A DNA stretch of 64,000 nt from Octopus vulgaris. Taxonomy: Eukaryota. Positions 1 to 13,227 of the stretch are shown piece by piece. The notes below the pieces were generated by a model. It had not been told where the DNA came from. It worked only from the letters and a program-made list of their open reading frames with translations, and ran no database searches. The position numbers and the translations under genes were made by a program. Each line of letters begins with the position of its first letter. Position 1 is the stretch's first letter. Location of the stretch: NCBI GenBank assembly GCA_951406725.2, contig OX597829.1, positions 44,950,001 to 45,014,000 on the forward strand, in the 5' to 3' direction.

Positions 1-244
1 AATTTCTCGATTTCGCCGAAACTATTAAGCTATCGATTATAGGCAATCCGTCTAACATTCAAACCGATTTTTCTGGAAATAATACAAACATCCTATCTAC
101 ATTAAACATTAAAAGTTAGAGAGCTAACAGAAACGGTAACAACATATTTGCTCCATTTCACCGATACGCACAGATGAACACACACACAAAGCACAAAACT
201 CAGCAAACGAATATGACAATATTAATCTAAGCACTAACGTACAT

Positions 245-545
245 AGAAAGCCACATGTCGGTGTACGTCGACGAGGGTTCAGGTGATCCGATCAAGCGAA
301 CACCTGCTCGTGAAATAACTAGTAAGTGGATGGTCACTACAGACACTTGTACACCAACTGAGTAGGGATATTCGATGATAAAGAGACAAGGGGCACCTTT
401 GAAATACAGGTACCGAAACAAAGAAGATAAAAAGGAGTGATGAGTAGAACAATCCCACTTTAATGGATGGTGTTTTCCACAATAAACACACAAGAGGCAG
501 GTTGACATCGAGAACAAACATTCGATGGAGTGCGCTCTATTACCA
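245..545 (-). mobile_element. Degraded copy of tRNA-derived SINE family C
   Basis: Colinear with 59086-59469 (gacgagggttc..gatccga..cctgctcgtgaaat..cctttgaaatacaggtac), with many indels. Confidence 0.7.
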
Positions 546-756
546 TCCATTGCGATCCCCATATAGCAATCAATACAGTCGGATACCCCTTATGATACTT
601 TAACTTATGTCTTCTATTTCTTATACGGATCTATGTGATAAGAAGTTTCTATCTATCCCTATCTTCTATCTATCAGTATCTATAACTTTGAGCAAGTGTC
701 TATCTAGTAATTGCTAAGACATTTAGTAGACGGTGGAAAGAGCCCATCGCTATCCA

Positions 757-825
<69 letters not shown>

Positions 826-826
<1 letters not shown>

Positions 827-3113
827 ACGCCAAACACGAAGGATGTGCTGTCACAGAGCTAGGATGCGTGCTCTAAGGAACGAAGGTGTTGGAGCCGCCA
901 GGTCGGGTGGCAGAGGCGCAACAGGGCAACAAAGCCACCATTCGGTCACTCGAGATGAACAGGGAGCGAATTGCTCGAGCCAAGTAAAATGTGTGGGCCT
1001 TTCAAGCAGCATTTTGCCCGACTGTTCAGAGTGGAGGATGCAAGAACGTAGGGTGGACTTCAAGTGCCTACCTACATAGCCTACCACGACTCTCGACAAG
1101 AAAGGCAGGGTCTGCGAAGATGCCGACGGCGGCGGAAGTGCGGGAACGATGGCAGAATGCTCGAGGGACAAATCACCGGGTTTGGATGGTCTGCCCTAGT
1201 AGGACAATTTATTATGCCAGACTTGTTTGGAGATCTCTTGGTCGGCGGATTACTGCAACTGGCAAAACGGGAGCATTCCTGGTTTTGTGAGCCGAGGAAC
1301 TACACTGCTGAAGAAAGATCTAAACAGGGAAATGTAATAGATAACTTTAGGCCCATCACTCTGCTTCAATGCAGACAAAATGTTTTGGCCAAGGTGCTAG
1401 CCAAGAGGTTGGCGCTTGTCGAGAAACTGGTCGACAAGGCGCAAACATGCGCCGCAACCAGGCGGACTAGAGACAACCTCCATCTGATGCGCTACCATAG
1501 ACAGGGTAGAACGAACCTTGGCATGGGTGGGGCCCTGATCAACTTGGATCAATCGAAAGCCGATAGGGTAGACCATCGATACTTGGAGGCAGTCCTGAGA
1601 GCGGCTGGTTTCGGTCCCGTCACGCGGCGGATAGCTGCCTTGTACAGAGGCATCCGTTCGGTAATTCGCGTAAATGGACATCTATCGAGCTTTCGACATT
1701 GCACGTTCGGTCCGTCCGAAATTGCCCCCTCTGGCGGTGTCTAACGTAGACTTCTTGAGCCACTGCAACACGAGCACATCGAGCTGGTCAACAAGACACT
1801 GAAAAACTACGAAGGCGGACAGGAGCGAAAATCAACCGGGAAAAGTCAGTGGAGCTTGGATAGGCACCTGAAGAAAGCATGCCCATGCCGTCCAGAGATC
1901 CAACTGGCAACTGGAGCAGTAACAGTAGATGACGCAGCAGGAAACTGTTAAAAAGGCTGAACACGCCCCAATCGAGGACCATCAGCCTTGTCCCCGACCT
2001 ACCCATCGACTCAAACTTGCAGGTGCCTCTTTCCGCTTCTGTGAAAGGACGTCCCATGGTCGAAAGGACATCCCATTTGCTGTCAACACACACGGTTGAT
2101 GATGCCAGATCAGCTGATGGCTATACTATTATGGAACACGGGAACATGTCGCCGTTTGTGGCAGCTGTCTCCATGCAATGGGATCAAAGAGGAAGGCGGC
2201 ACCGCAGTACGTTTTCAGGTCATAGCCAAAGTGTGGCGGTTTATCGAGAAAACGACGAGCTCAGGGATGGAACCCTGGAACATGCCTGGTCGTGGGACAA
2301 CTTCAGAGATCCCTGGCCTGGCAATGCTACCGAGGAGAAGCTTGTTCGGGGGCTTCTGAGCACGGCTGGTCAGGGCCGATCCCTGCCCGAGATGCGTGCT
2401 TGACTCCTCAGTGCCCAACAATCGAAGAAGGTCAGGAAACTGCTGGTCACGTTGACCAGAGGTCAGGGTTTATCAGCTGGGTCGTCAATGTCACGCCTCC
2501 CTTCAAAGGAAGAGTATTTTCGTGGTGGCAGGGGAGAAACTCTGTGGTGGAAGGATTGGAGACAAACACTTTCTCTCTGGTCAATCTGAAACCACCACTT
2601 GAAAGGAAAGTGAAGGTAGTTTTGTCAACGAATGTTTTAAAAAAGATGGGTGAATGTAGCAAGAATGGCACGTATGAATGACAGACACCTTGAGAATGAG
2701 ATCCATGAACCCAGAGTCCGAAACCTTGTTCTAAAAAAAAAAAAAAGAAATATAAAATGTGACTTCATTGACCGAGGTTACCGTGGTCGTAGGCTTTTCC
2801 AACAATTTCCACGGGTAAACCTCACCTGTATCTCCCCTTTACACTTCATATTGACATTTCTGTGGATGGCGAAAAAACGATCCCTATTGATCAATTTCTT
2901 TTTTCCTCTAGCCCCTTTTTGAGCATTTTAACCCAGAAATCGAAAACAGAGAGTTACTTATTTGCTTTTTTGTCCTCTTTTCCGTCCTTTTACGATCATA
3001 TTGACATTTCTGTGATAACGATCCCAATCAACTCCCCCCTTTTTTTGTCCCTTTTTCCTTTTTTTTTGATCGAAACTCCCCCTTACCTTCAAAAGAAAAG
3101 CTCTACCTTGTAA
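826..3113 (+). mobile_element. Tx1/L1-clade non-LTR retrotransposon, ORF2 (RT) remnant and T-rich 3' region, heavily frameshifted
   Basis: ORF 1064-1744 has RT motifs IDNFRPITLL, LAKVLAKRL, DNLHLMR, INLDQSKA(F)DRVDHRYL, AAGFGP typical of L1/Tx1 ORF2; starts right after a (TATC)n tract. Confidence 0.85.
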
Positions 3114-3134
3114 TTTGTTCTATCTGTGTGCAGC

Positions 3135-3234
3135 NNNNNNNNNNNNNNNNNNNNNNNNNNNNNNNNNNNNNNNNNNNNNNNNNNNNNNNNNNNNNNNNNN
3201 NNNNNNNNNNNNNNNNNNNNNNNNNNNNNNNNNN
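3135..3234. other. Assembly gap (100 N)
   Basis: Run of N. Confidence 1.
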
Positions 3235-3253
3235 CAGACACTCGTACACACAC

Positions 3254-3284
<31 letters not shown>

Positions 3285-3502
3285 TGTCTGTCTCTCTCTT
3301 CTTTTCTTTCTCTCTCTCTCTTTCTCTCTCTCTCTCTCACACACATTCGCAGACATGTACACACTCACACTCATATATCAGCACACACGCACACACATTT
3401 TCTGACTTCACTCTGTCTCTCTCTCCCTCTCTCTCTTTCTCTCTCACACATTCGCAGATATGTACGCACTCATACCCATATATCAGCACACACACACATA
3501 CG

Positions 3503-3625
<123 letters not shown>

Positions 3626-4168
3626 TTAGTCATATTCTGCTATATTTCAAGAGTGATGTATATAACGTTTAGGAAGTGTTCTTCTATACAAGGGAGGTAA
3701 CTGCAGAATGCCTCGAATCATCACAGCCACTAAAATTTTGCCAAAACTCTCTTTACAAATCCACTCTCTACCCAAAAAATGATTCCACTACAAGCAACAT
3801 TCAGAGAGAATAGTAGGGCCTATGAACTCGCCTTTAAATCACGACAGTCTTTGTTACACAATAGTAGCTAAAACTCCCCTAAAACTCTGCAATCTTGATC
3901 GGGTGTTACACTGATATTGTATACATGTTGATCTTCTGAGTGAGATGTAGTTCCCGACATGCCATCGTCCTAGGACTCCAGAATAAAAATACATTTACAT
4001 AGCACTATGTCACTATGTCGACGAAACTTTCGGGTGTTTCTAACGGTGGTTACAATACGACACCACCCCACCCCGCCGCATTATTGTAACCTCTGAATGA
4101 TTCCATCCCAGTGCGCGGGCAAGCCAACACACACACACACACACACTGACATACACACACACACACTG

Positions 4169-4224
<56 letters not shown>

Positions 4225-4320
4225 CTGTATTTCAGGATTTTTTTTTCGCCAAATAAACACACACACACTATACATTTTTTATTCACTCGTTTATTACTGT
4301 TTTTATTTTATTATTTTAAC

Positions 4321-4364
4321 TCTGGAAATCTTTCGTCACACATCTGTGACCTCCTCAGCGACAC
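4321..4364 (-). ncRNA. Minimal type I hammerhead-like motif in a Penelope-like terminal fragment (fragment about 4318-4465)
   Basis: Minus strand gtgtcg-CTGAGGA-G-GTCACA-gatg-TGTGAC-GAAA-GA-TTTC; homologous copy on + strand at 16969-17015. Confidence 0.5.
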
Positions 4365-4658
4365 TTTTCGTTTTCGTGTGTGTTCTTGCTCCACTTACTC
4401 CATTTTGTTCTTCTAAGGTGTGTATCCTTATGTGCGCATGCGTTTGTGTCCTTATTTGTGTGTGTGCTTTTTTTTGTGTGTGTGGGGGTATGTGGGTGTG
4501 TATGTGTGTGCGTGTGTATGCTTGTGTGTGTGTATGTATATACGTATGTGTATGCTTGTGTGTGTCACAGTTTTACCAGCAGTGTAGCCTGACTCTCAGC
4601 CCCATCCTCTCACCCCATTGTGTTGCTGCTGTCCTAAGACCCGAATACATATATATAT

Positions 4659-4717
<59 letters not shown>

Positions 4718-5214
4718 TATATACATATATATATGTGTGTGTGTGTGTGTGTACTCATATATATGCATATATGTGTATGTATATATATGTATGTATATAT
4801 ATATATATATATACATTCACACACATACACGCGCACGCGCGAAAATGCATGTATTCATACATATGTACATACAAACAGACAGGCAGATAGAAAGACAGAC
4901 AGACAGACAAACAGACATGTGCGTGCGAATGCAAGTATATATGTATGTGTAAGTATATATGTATTAAACTATATATGCACATAAATGAAATAACCTTTTG
5001 CGTTAAAATTCGTCTAATGTAAGGGACATAACTCCATATTTCAGAGCCGTGCTGCTGGTCCAGTCTTAAGCAGAACAATTGTTCAAGCTAAGTTTCTGTC
5101 GTATATGTCCTCTTCAGCAAAGTGTGTTTTCTTTTCTACTTACCATATCATAAAATAGGAGAAAACATACAGGGTTGTAATGAGAGAAAAAAAGAACATT
5201 TATTGATTTGCTAA

Positions 5215-5799
5215 TCTTTATATATAAAAGAGAAGTTGTGTGTCTGTCTCCTACGATTTAGATTCCTAACTACTCCCACATTTTGCGGTGCAGTTTAACC
5301 AAAACCGGGTATCTTATAGTCGTGATTCATATTGAGCCCTTCTGGGTATTAGCGCGCGTCTACGATGAGTCTACGATTTAAAAAAAAATTACCATCATTT
5401 TTTTCCATTTTAATCAATTTTTTGGCTATTATATAAGGGAAGTAACTCTCTAAATATGTCTACGATGAGTCTACGATTTAAAAAAATTACCATCATTTTT
5501 TCGATTTTAATGCATTTTTTCGCTATTATATAAGGGAAGTAACTCTCTAAATATGTCTACGATGAGTCTACGATTTAAAAAAAAAATTACCATCATTTTT
5601 TTCTATTTTAATGTATTTTTTCGCTATTATATAAAGGAAGTAACTCTCTAAAAATGTCAACGATTTAAAAAAAAAATTTACCATCATTTGTTTTCCATTT
5701 TTAATGCATTCTTTTGCTATTTTTTGGCTATAACTCTCTAAAAATGCTTATATAGTTATTTCCCTTACAAACCCGAGCAACGCCGGGCGATACTGCTAG
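5215..5799 (+). mobile_element. Non-autonomous Helitron with internal tandem repeats of about 100 bp
   Basis: 5' TC, 3' hairpin cccgagcaacgccggg followed by CTAG, inserted between A and T without TSD; related copies at 48968-49363 and 41860-42236. Confidence 0.8.
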
Positions 5800-6064
5800 T
5801 TTAATATATAGGCGATTTCCTGAGAGTGCATTCTGTATGTAATGATCGTGGAAAATGTTCAGTGACAAATAGAGGTTCTTTTGGTAGATAACATGGAAAT
5901 GATGATGGTGGTGATTGTAATGTCTATAATGTGGTGGTAGACGTTTTGTTAGGTTAATGACGTCCTGTCGTTACTGCTGCTGCTGTTGTTGTGGTTCTTG
6001 TTCATGTTCTTGTACACATATTGGTTGCTGTTGCTGCTGTTGCTGCTGCTGCCGCTGCTGTTGT

Positions 6065-6367
<303 letters not shown>

Positions 6368-6374
6368 GAAATAA

Positions 6375-6675
6375 TCGGATTGAATACCCGATCGCGCGGT
6401 TAAACCATTGGGTGTGAAGGACTCCTAGCCTTTTTTAGGGCATCCTTCTAGGAGAAGGTATCTCAGGTAACTGGGATAACTCCGACATAAAACCTGCAGC
6501 TCAGTGGTTACCGACGATGTTGATTTGTTCTTCTTTTCGGATTATGGCTGCTGTTGCTTAGTGAGTGAGATTTCCTAACTTTAAAAAAAATCCTCTTGCA
6601 CAGGCATTGCACGATAACAACATTGATTAAGCTTCGTGCAATGGCCATACTCGATAACGAGGGGGCAGCCGCCAG
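6375..6675 (+). mobile_element. Probable RTE-clade LINE 5' UTR remnant
   Basis: gggcatccttctaggagaaggta..taaaacct resembles the motif recurrent in RTE 5' UTRs; flanked by (TATG)n. Confidence 0.45.
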
Positions 6676-6736
6676 GTATGTATGTATGTATGTATGTATG
6701 TATGTATGTATGTATGTATGTATGTATGTATGTATG

Positions 6737-6784
<48 letters not shown>

Positions 6785-7034
6785 CGTACACTCGCATACA
6801 TGCATGTATATGCATACATAAACACACACATACATACATACATACATACATACATACACACACATACATACATACATAAATACATACTTACATATATACA
6901 TACATAGGTCTATGTAAAGCTGTATGTATATAAAAAAAATAAAGTTAATGCTATGCAACTTCATCATAATCCTTATTATTATTGTTATTGTTGCATATAT
7001 ATATGTGTATGTGTGTTTGTATCTAGATATATAT

Positions 7035-7081
<47 letters not shown>

Positions 7082-7195
7082 GTGTATGTATCTATACATA
7101 TCTATATATTTTTTATTTATATATTTATATATATTTTTTTATTCATATACATATGTATGCATACACACAGAAACACAAACACACATACACATACA

Positions 7196-7252
<57 letters not shown>

Positions 7253-7319
7253 TACTTTAGAAATGTCATTCTGTCCTTTCTTTCGCTACTATATAATAAT
7301 GAATCGACAAGTCTCTTAA

Positions 7320-7530
7320 CCGCCAACATTTAGCACGCCTCTCCTTTTCACAATGAATGCCCTTCCTTTCACTTATGTACATTTTTGATGCTCTGACTTG
7401 AACTAAACATTATGCCCTATCCTTTCTCCTGAAAACATCGACTGTCTGGAAACTTCTCACAGCTATTGTCTTTCCCACATATGTTGACCTGGTATAGTTT
7501 AAACGGAACATGAACGGCATCAATCTCTGG
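7320..7530 (+). mobile_element. CR1/L2-like LINE 3' end remnant
   Basis: Translates SFLLKTSTVWKLLTAIVFPTYVDLV*FKRNMN, resembling the SFFPRT..WN.LP..VFP...L..FK C-terminus. Confidence 0.45.
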
Positions 7531-7574
7531 GTGTTTGCACAAGCGATGGGCAATATTCCTTTCTCTACACTGGA

Positions 7575-7900
7575 CTAATATTTATATACACACAGGGCCA
7601 GACTCGGGACTTCACAATATTCATCAGAACCACTCAGTGTAATACAGGAAACCTTCGAATCAAGAAGGCAATTGTAATTACCAGGCTGAGATTAGCGCGT
7701 TGCAATAAAAATAGGCTACCAAAGTAGACTGGTTAGTGTAACAATATCAACCAGTGCATGTCCCTATCCTACCCCACAAATCTGAACACCAAATTATTCT
7801 ATCCATCATTTCTCCACGTGTCCTGAGAAAGGAGCCTTAACCTCGAAATATTGAGACATAAGATAAAACGCCAACTATTGTTCTATCTTCACTTTTTAGT
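7575..7900 (+). mobile_element. Penelope-like element 3' remnant with a degenerate hammerhead (about 7819-7859)
   Basis: LRIKKAIVI resembles a GIY-YIG C-terminus; tgtc-CTGAGAA..GAG..CTC-GAAA-tattga-gaca. Confidence 0.4.
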
Positions 7901-7919
7901 CCACTTTGTACTTCGTTTC

Positions 7920-8275
7920 ACATCGTTTCGGCCTTATCTAATCCATCTATCTAGGGTGGGTAAAATTCCCGTGATCCATGGACGAGTTCTCTCCAGCGGT
8001 CTTTGTCCCTCATCATCGCTGTCATGTCCTGTGTATCCCAGAGACCAATGTCTGTACTTAGGGGTATCAACATACGTCATCCTCAGTCTCCCTCATCTAG
8101 TGTGTCCTTGTATGGGCTCCCATAGGGGCACTGAGCGCAGTATCAACTCTGAATGACGGTGAGCATGCCCAGCAAACCTCAGTTTCCTCTGTGTTATCCC
8201 AGCTAACTTTTGTTATCGAGCTAACTTTTGGAAGACTCTCGTACAGCTTTGAGTTCTTCATCCTCCCTATCTAAT
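7920..8275 (-). mobile_element. RTE/RTE-X LINE 3' fragment
   Basis: Minus strand LYESLPKVSS..QRKLRFAGHAHRH..LWEP..GR.RMTYVD..MMRDKDRWRELV. Confidence 0.75.
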
Positions 8276-8552
8276 GTAACACACACACACACACGCAAAT
8301 TTAGCGAATGCTTCTCCATCCCCTAAATTTAGATTTTTAATTCACATACACATCAGCCCCAGCTGCTAACCGTGAACTATAAAATAACTTTTTTTCAATT
8401 TATTGAACTTCAATATGGGAAAAATTTAGAACCTTCTACGTCAATAAACCACTATTGTTCCTGAAAATTGTGTTTTTGTACCATCTAAGGACTATTCGAA
8501 GCTTACCAACTTCTTACATCTGAATCCTTGGATTTCACATTTACATATTATT

Positions 8553-8636
<84 letters not shown>

Positions 8637-9049
8637 GAGAGAGAGAGAGAGAGAGAGTGGAGAGAACTATTAGCTTTAGAAAAGATTCTGTCTCCCGTGT
8701 TTCACTCACAAAGTATTAGTTACATGGCTTATGTAGTAGAAGAATGATATTTGATAAAATCTCAAAATCCCGAAGAATAGAATCGAACCAAAGTTGTTGC
8801 AATGCCTCCTTCTTAACCACACTGCCTCGCCTGGTCTTTTGATCATGGCTGACTTTGGAAATAAATGACATCTTTATGATACTATTTTATGCTATTTCAA
8901 TATAGAGCAAAGTAGCCTGGAATAAAGCAGATAGGATAGGATGGGATGGGATGATCACAACTGGAACGCCTTTGATCACAGATTGATGACATGGATGACA
9001 TGAAGCTGAAAAGCTTTGATTTATATGTGTGTATATGTGTGTGTGTACG

Positions 9050-9171
<122 letters not shown>

Positions 9172-9504
9172 ATATATATACACATACATATATGTATATA
9201 TATATATATACATATATAAGCATACATGAATATATATATATATATACACACACAAACATGTATATATATAGAGATACACATATATACATACATTCGCACA
9301 TACACACACACATACATTCATTCATACATACATACATACATACATACATTCATACATACACAGATACATACATACATACATTTATACATACATACATACA
9401 TAGATGCATACATACATACATACATACATATATACATACATACATACATACATACATACATACATACATACATACATACATACATACATACATACATACA
9501 TACA

Positions 9505-9537
<33 letters not shown>

Positions 9538-9928
9538 CACTCACATCATAAGCCGTTTTCCGAAAATGTCATCACGGTATAATCTACTCATGTGACGTGA
9601 TGTAGCTAGAACACTCTATAATGAAATCCATCAGAAGGATAATCCTGAGGACAAAGAAATAAGAACTCACAATATGGTAGAAGCCATAGCCACTCATAAT
9701 TAAAAGGAATACTGGTGGAATGTTCCAGTGAAGAATTTAATAAAATGTAAGCACAACAGACCTTATATAGAAGACCTTTTATCATAGTTGACCTAGGGTC
9801 TATTTGACACCTTTTTTTATCTACTTTTTATGTTATTTCCACTTAGATATTCAAATTGATCTTAAATAAAGGTGAGTATGTCATGGTTGGAACTCCATTG
9901 TTCATTGATCTTTTTAATTATGTCTAAG

Positions 9929-10375
9929 TGGAAGTACGTGGTTTAGTGGTTAGGATGTTGGACTCATGATCGTAAGGTTGTGGTTTCAGTTCCTAGACCA
10001 GGTGACATTGTGTCCTTGAGTAAATAAAACCTTTTATTTCACATTGTTGCGATGAACCGTCCCCTCCCCGTACAGTGAGGTGGGATTTATGCGCCATTGA
10101 AACCGGAAAACCGGCCTTTTTATTAGTCGGCATGACTCGAGAGGAAAACTTTACCTTTGTGGATGCGCCGTCCCTTAGTGGTTAGGAATGTTGATCTCAT
10201 GATCATAAGATTGCGGTTTCGATTCCGTGACCGGGTGATGCATTGTGTTTTTTGACAAAACACTTCATTTCACGTTGTTCCAGATCATTCGAGTCATCTT
10301 GGCGTCCCGTCCAGATGGGGAAGTCATACGCCATGGAAACCGGCCCTTATGACTCGGGAAGGACCTTTATTTACT
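9929..10375 (+). mobile_element. Two adjacent degraded tRNA-derived SINEs (family C head, V-like body)
   Basis: A/B-box-like heads tggtttagtggttagg..ggtttcagttcc and tagtggttagg..ggtttcgattcc; ggcgtcccgtccag body. Confidence 0.65.
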
Positions 10376-10405
10376 TGGGTCTAACCAACATCTTTATTTC
10401 GGTAC

Positions 10406-10656
10406 ACGGACGGGATGCGGAATGAACTTTTGACGAAGGACAAGACGCCAAACGGACACAATGCCGAACAGACACAATGCCAAATTGGCGAATTGGTCAT
10501 TAAACTATGTAGGCAAGAATGTTTTATTTTTATATTATTGTATCCGTTCGGCTTTATGTCCATTCGGCTTTATGTCCATTCGGCATTGTTGTCCGTTCGG
10601 CTTCTTTGGCTTCGGCTTCTTGTCCTTCGACAAAAGTGCATTCGATATCCAATCCG
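10406..10656. mobile_element. Foldback-type MITE with TIRs built from 15-16 bp tandem units
   Basis: ggatgcggaatgaacttttgacgaaggacaagacgcc is inverted with ggcttcttgtccttcgacaaaagtgcattcgatatcc; units (ttcggctttatgtcc)n. Confidence 0.7.
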
Positions 10657-11326
10657 CGCACGCTTTATTTCATTTCCTTTTTTTTAATGTTATTTCTGTC
10701 TACATTCATCGTTTATCATTTATTTGTTTCTGTTCCCGAATTGCCATCATGCTGGGGCATCGCCTTGGAGAGTTTTAGCGAACAAATCGACAACAGAACA
10801 CCACCACCACACACACACACACACACACACACACGCTTTTTTATTTTTGTTAAATATACTACTTATTCTATCGGGCTCTTTTGCCGAAGCGTCAAGTTAC
10901 GGGAACGTTGTAAAGCGGTAGAAGGAAGGAACACAAACACACAGCCACACACACACTCACACACACACACACATACATAGACATATATTTACACAAAACA
11001 TACAGAAGTAATAGCGCATATACATTTATTTATTTATTTTTGGCTTACAGGTTTGGGTGCGTTTATGGTTCAACCTTATCAATCGCTATCCTAAGATATA
11101 TTCTTTTTAGGAATGTACAAAAATATAATGCTACATTTTAAAAACGATATTAGAATATATAAATATTATTTTCTATTCTAAGCGCAAGGCCCGAAAAATA
11201 TATAAAATATTGTAAATGCGAGTGGATAAAATATAGCTAATCTACAACGAAGTTTAAAATCCGGAAGTTTATATCCGCCGGCCGTTTCTCGGGGCATAGT
11301 AATGCAAAAATGACCTTATGTCTAAG

Positions 11327-11458
11327 TGGAGATACGTGGTTTAGTGGTTAGAGTGTTGGACTCATGATCGTAAGATTGTGGTTTCAGTTCCTATACCGGG
11401 TGACGTTGTGTCCTTGAGTAAAACCTTTCATTTCTCATTACTCCAGTTCACCCAGCAG
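11327..11458 (+). mobile_element. tRNA-derived SINE head (family C-like), truncated
   Basis: Near-identical to 9929-10045, including the 5' flank ttatgtctaa. Confidence 0.6.
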
Positions 11459-11704
11459 GTTTAAAAAAATTTTTTTTGTACATTCTTAATATATTCTCAA
11501 CGCGTATATATATTCTTTTTAAATATATATATATATCCATATATTTATAATGTATTTTTAAAATATTTTATGTATGCTTATATATCTTTATATATTTTTA
11601 GCACATGATTTGATGCATATAATGATTTCACAATAGAATATATTTTGGTAACCTATTTTTTGTCTCTCTCCATTATTTCTCCTATTTACACACACACACA
11701 CATA

Positions 11705-12555
11705 CGTGGTTTGATGAATAAGTCTCCGGACTGTTGCCATAGTAACAAAGCTAACGCACGCAGAGTAAAGTTGCTTGGCACAGATTGACCTTGAATTCTG
11801 CTGTGCATGCGCACTAAGTTTTAATGCTCTAGCTCACTTCCGCTGTTTACAGCAGTGTTTGGAAGGAACGTGTGTAGCGTGTGATCGTCGCATTGACCAT
11901 GACAGAAAGTTGTCATGTCGATACCTGCTCAAAGGCCTACACAAGGCTGCAGAAAGTGTATGGAGAGGAGTGTATGAGCTGACACACAAGTGTATGAGTG
12001 GCTCAGACGTTTCCAGGATGGCCGAACGTTCTGTGAAAACTGCAACCAGCAGAACTAAGAGAAACATTGCAGATGTGCATGCAGCTGTAAGATGAAATCG
12101 TCGAATCGACATCCATGAGGGTGTGTAAATTAGTTATGTTTCAGTTCAGTCGATTATCACTGAAGATTTGGGTATGAGACGCATGTCTGCCAAGTTTGTG
12201 CCAAAACTGCTTTCAGCTGGCCAAAAAGAAACTCGGGTTTCAGTTGCACCAAGATCTCCGTGATTGTGTAAAGAACGATGAAAACTTTGCGTAAGCCTTT
12301 GAACAGGTATCGCCAAGCTTTTGCTAAAATTTGATGCAGATCCTCAGTTCACCTTTCTATGTCATTGTCAAGGAAGCGATCACTCGCTACACACCTTCCT
12401 TCCAAGCGGTGCTGTAAACAGCAGAAGTGAACAACAACGTTAAAACTTAGTTCGCATACACAGCATATTTCAAGGCCAATCTATTAAAAGCGGCTTCACT
12501 CTGCGTGCTTCAGTTTCGTTACTATAGCAACAGTCCGGATACTTATTGATCAGAC

Positions 12556-12559
<4 letters not shown>
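11705..12559 (+). mobile_element. Non-autonomous mariner derivative with long inverted arms and a transposase N-terminal remnant
   Basis: TA|cgtggtttgatgaataagtctccggactg ... cagtccggatacttattgatcagaccacg; internal QVYEW..F.DGR and SIITEDLGMRRMSAKFVPKLL (WVPxxL-type motif). Confidence 0.85.
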
Positions 12560-12594
<35 letters not shown>

Positions 12595-12614
12595 TTCTTT
12601 TTTAATTTCAGCTC

Positions 12615-12874
12615 GAGAGCTGCGGCCATACTAGGACTCTCTTTACTCTTTACTCTTTTACTTGTTTCAGTCATTTGACTGCGGCCATGCTGGAGCACCG
12701 CCTTTTAGTCGAGCAAATCGACCCCGAGACTTATTCTTTGTAAGCCCAGTACTTATTCTATCGGTCTCTTTTGCCGAACCGCTAAGTGACGGGGACGTAA
12801 ACACACCAGCATCGGTTGTCAAGCAATGCTAGGGGGACAAACACAGACACACAAACATATACACACACACACAC

Positions 12875-12927
<53 letters not shown>

Positions 12928-13138
12928 TACGACATAATATATATGTATATATAATATACATGTGTACGTGTGTACATTCCAGGTTTCTTTAAGATTTTGT
13001 CAACCAAATCCACTCAGTTTTTGGTTACTTCAGGGCTACAGCAGAAGACACTTACCCTATGTGCCACGCAATGGAACTGAACCCAAGACCGTATTTCTGG
13101 GAAGCATGCTTCTAACCACACACAGCCACGCGCGCACC
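12615..13138 (-). mobile_element. SINE family A with internal microsatellite
   Basis: Reverse complement of the head gtggctgtgtggt..ggttcagt(c/t)cc and tail gctccagcatggccgcagtcaaatgactgaaacaagtaaaagag. Confidence 0.85.
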
Positions 13139-13227
13139 TATATCATGAAATTACTCGAAATAAAGAGACTGGTCGGTCATGGATGGAATATCTTCAATCG
13201 GAAATCTGCTGTATCTTACACAACAAA

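Noticed and set aside
5080-5125. Minus-strand CTGAAGA-ggac..gaca-GAAA-c
   Set aside because: Stem II, the NUH site and stem I are all unsatisfied; too degenerate to call
9915-11445. Two SINE heads sharing the 5' flank ttatgtctaa (local duplication?)
   Set aside because: The shared flank is only about 10 bp and could be part of the subfamily consensus
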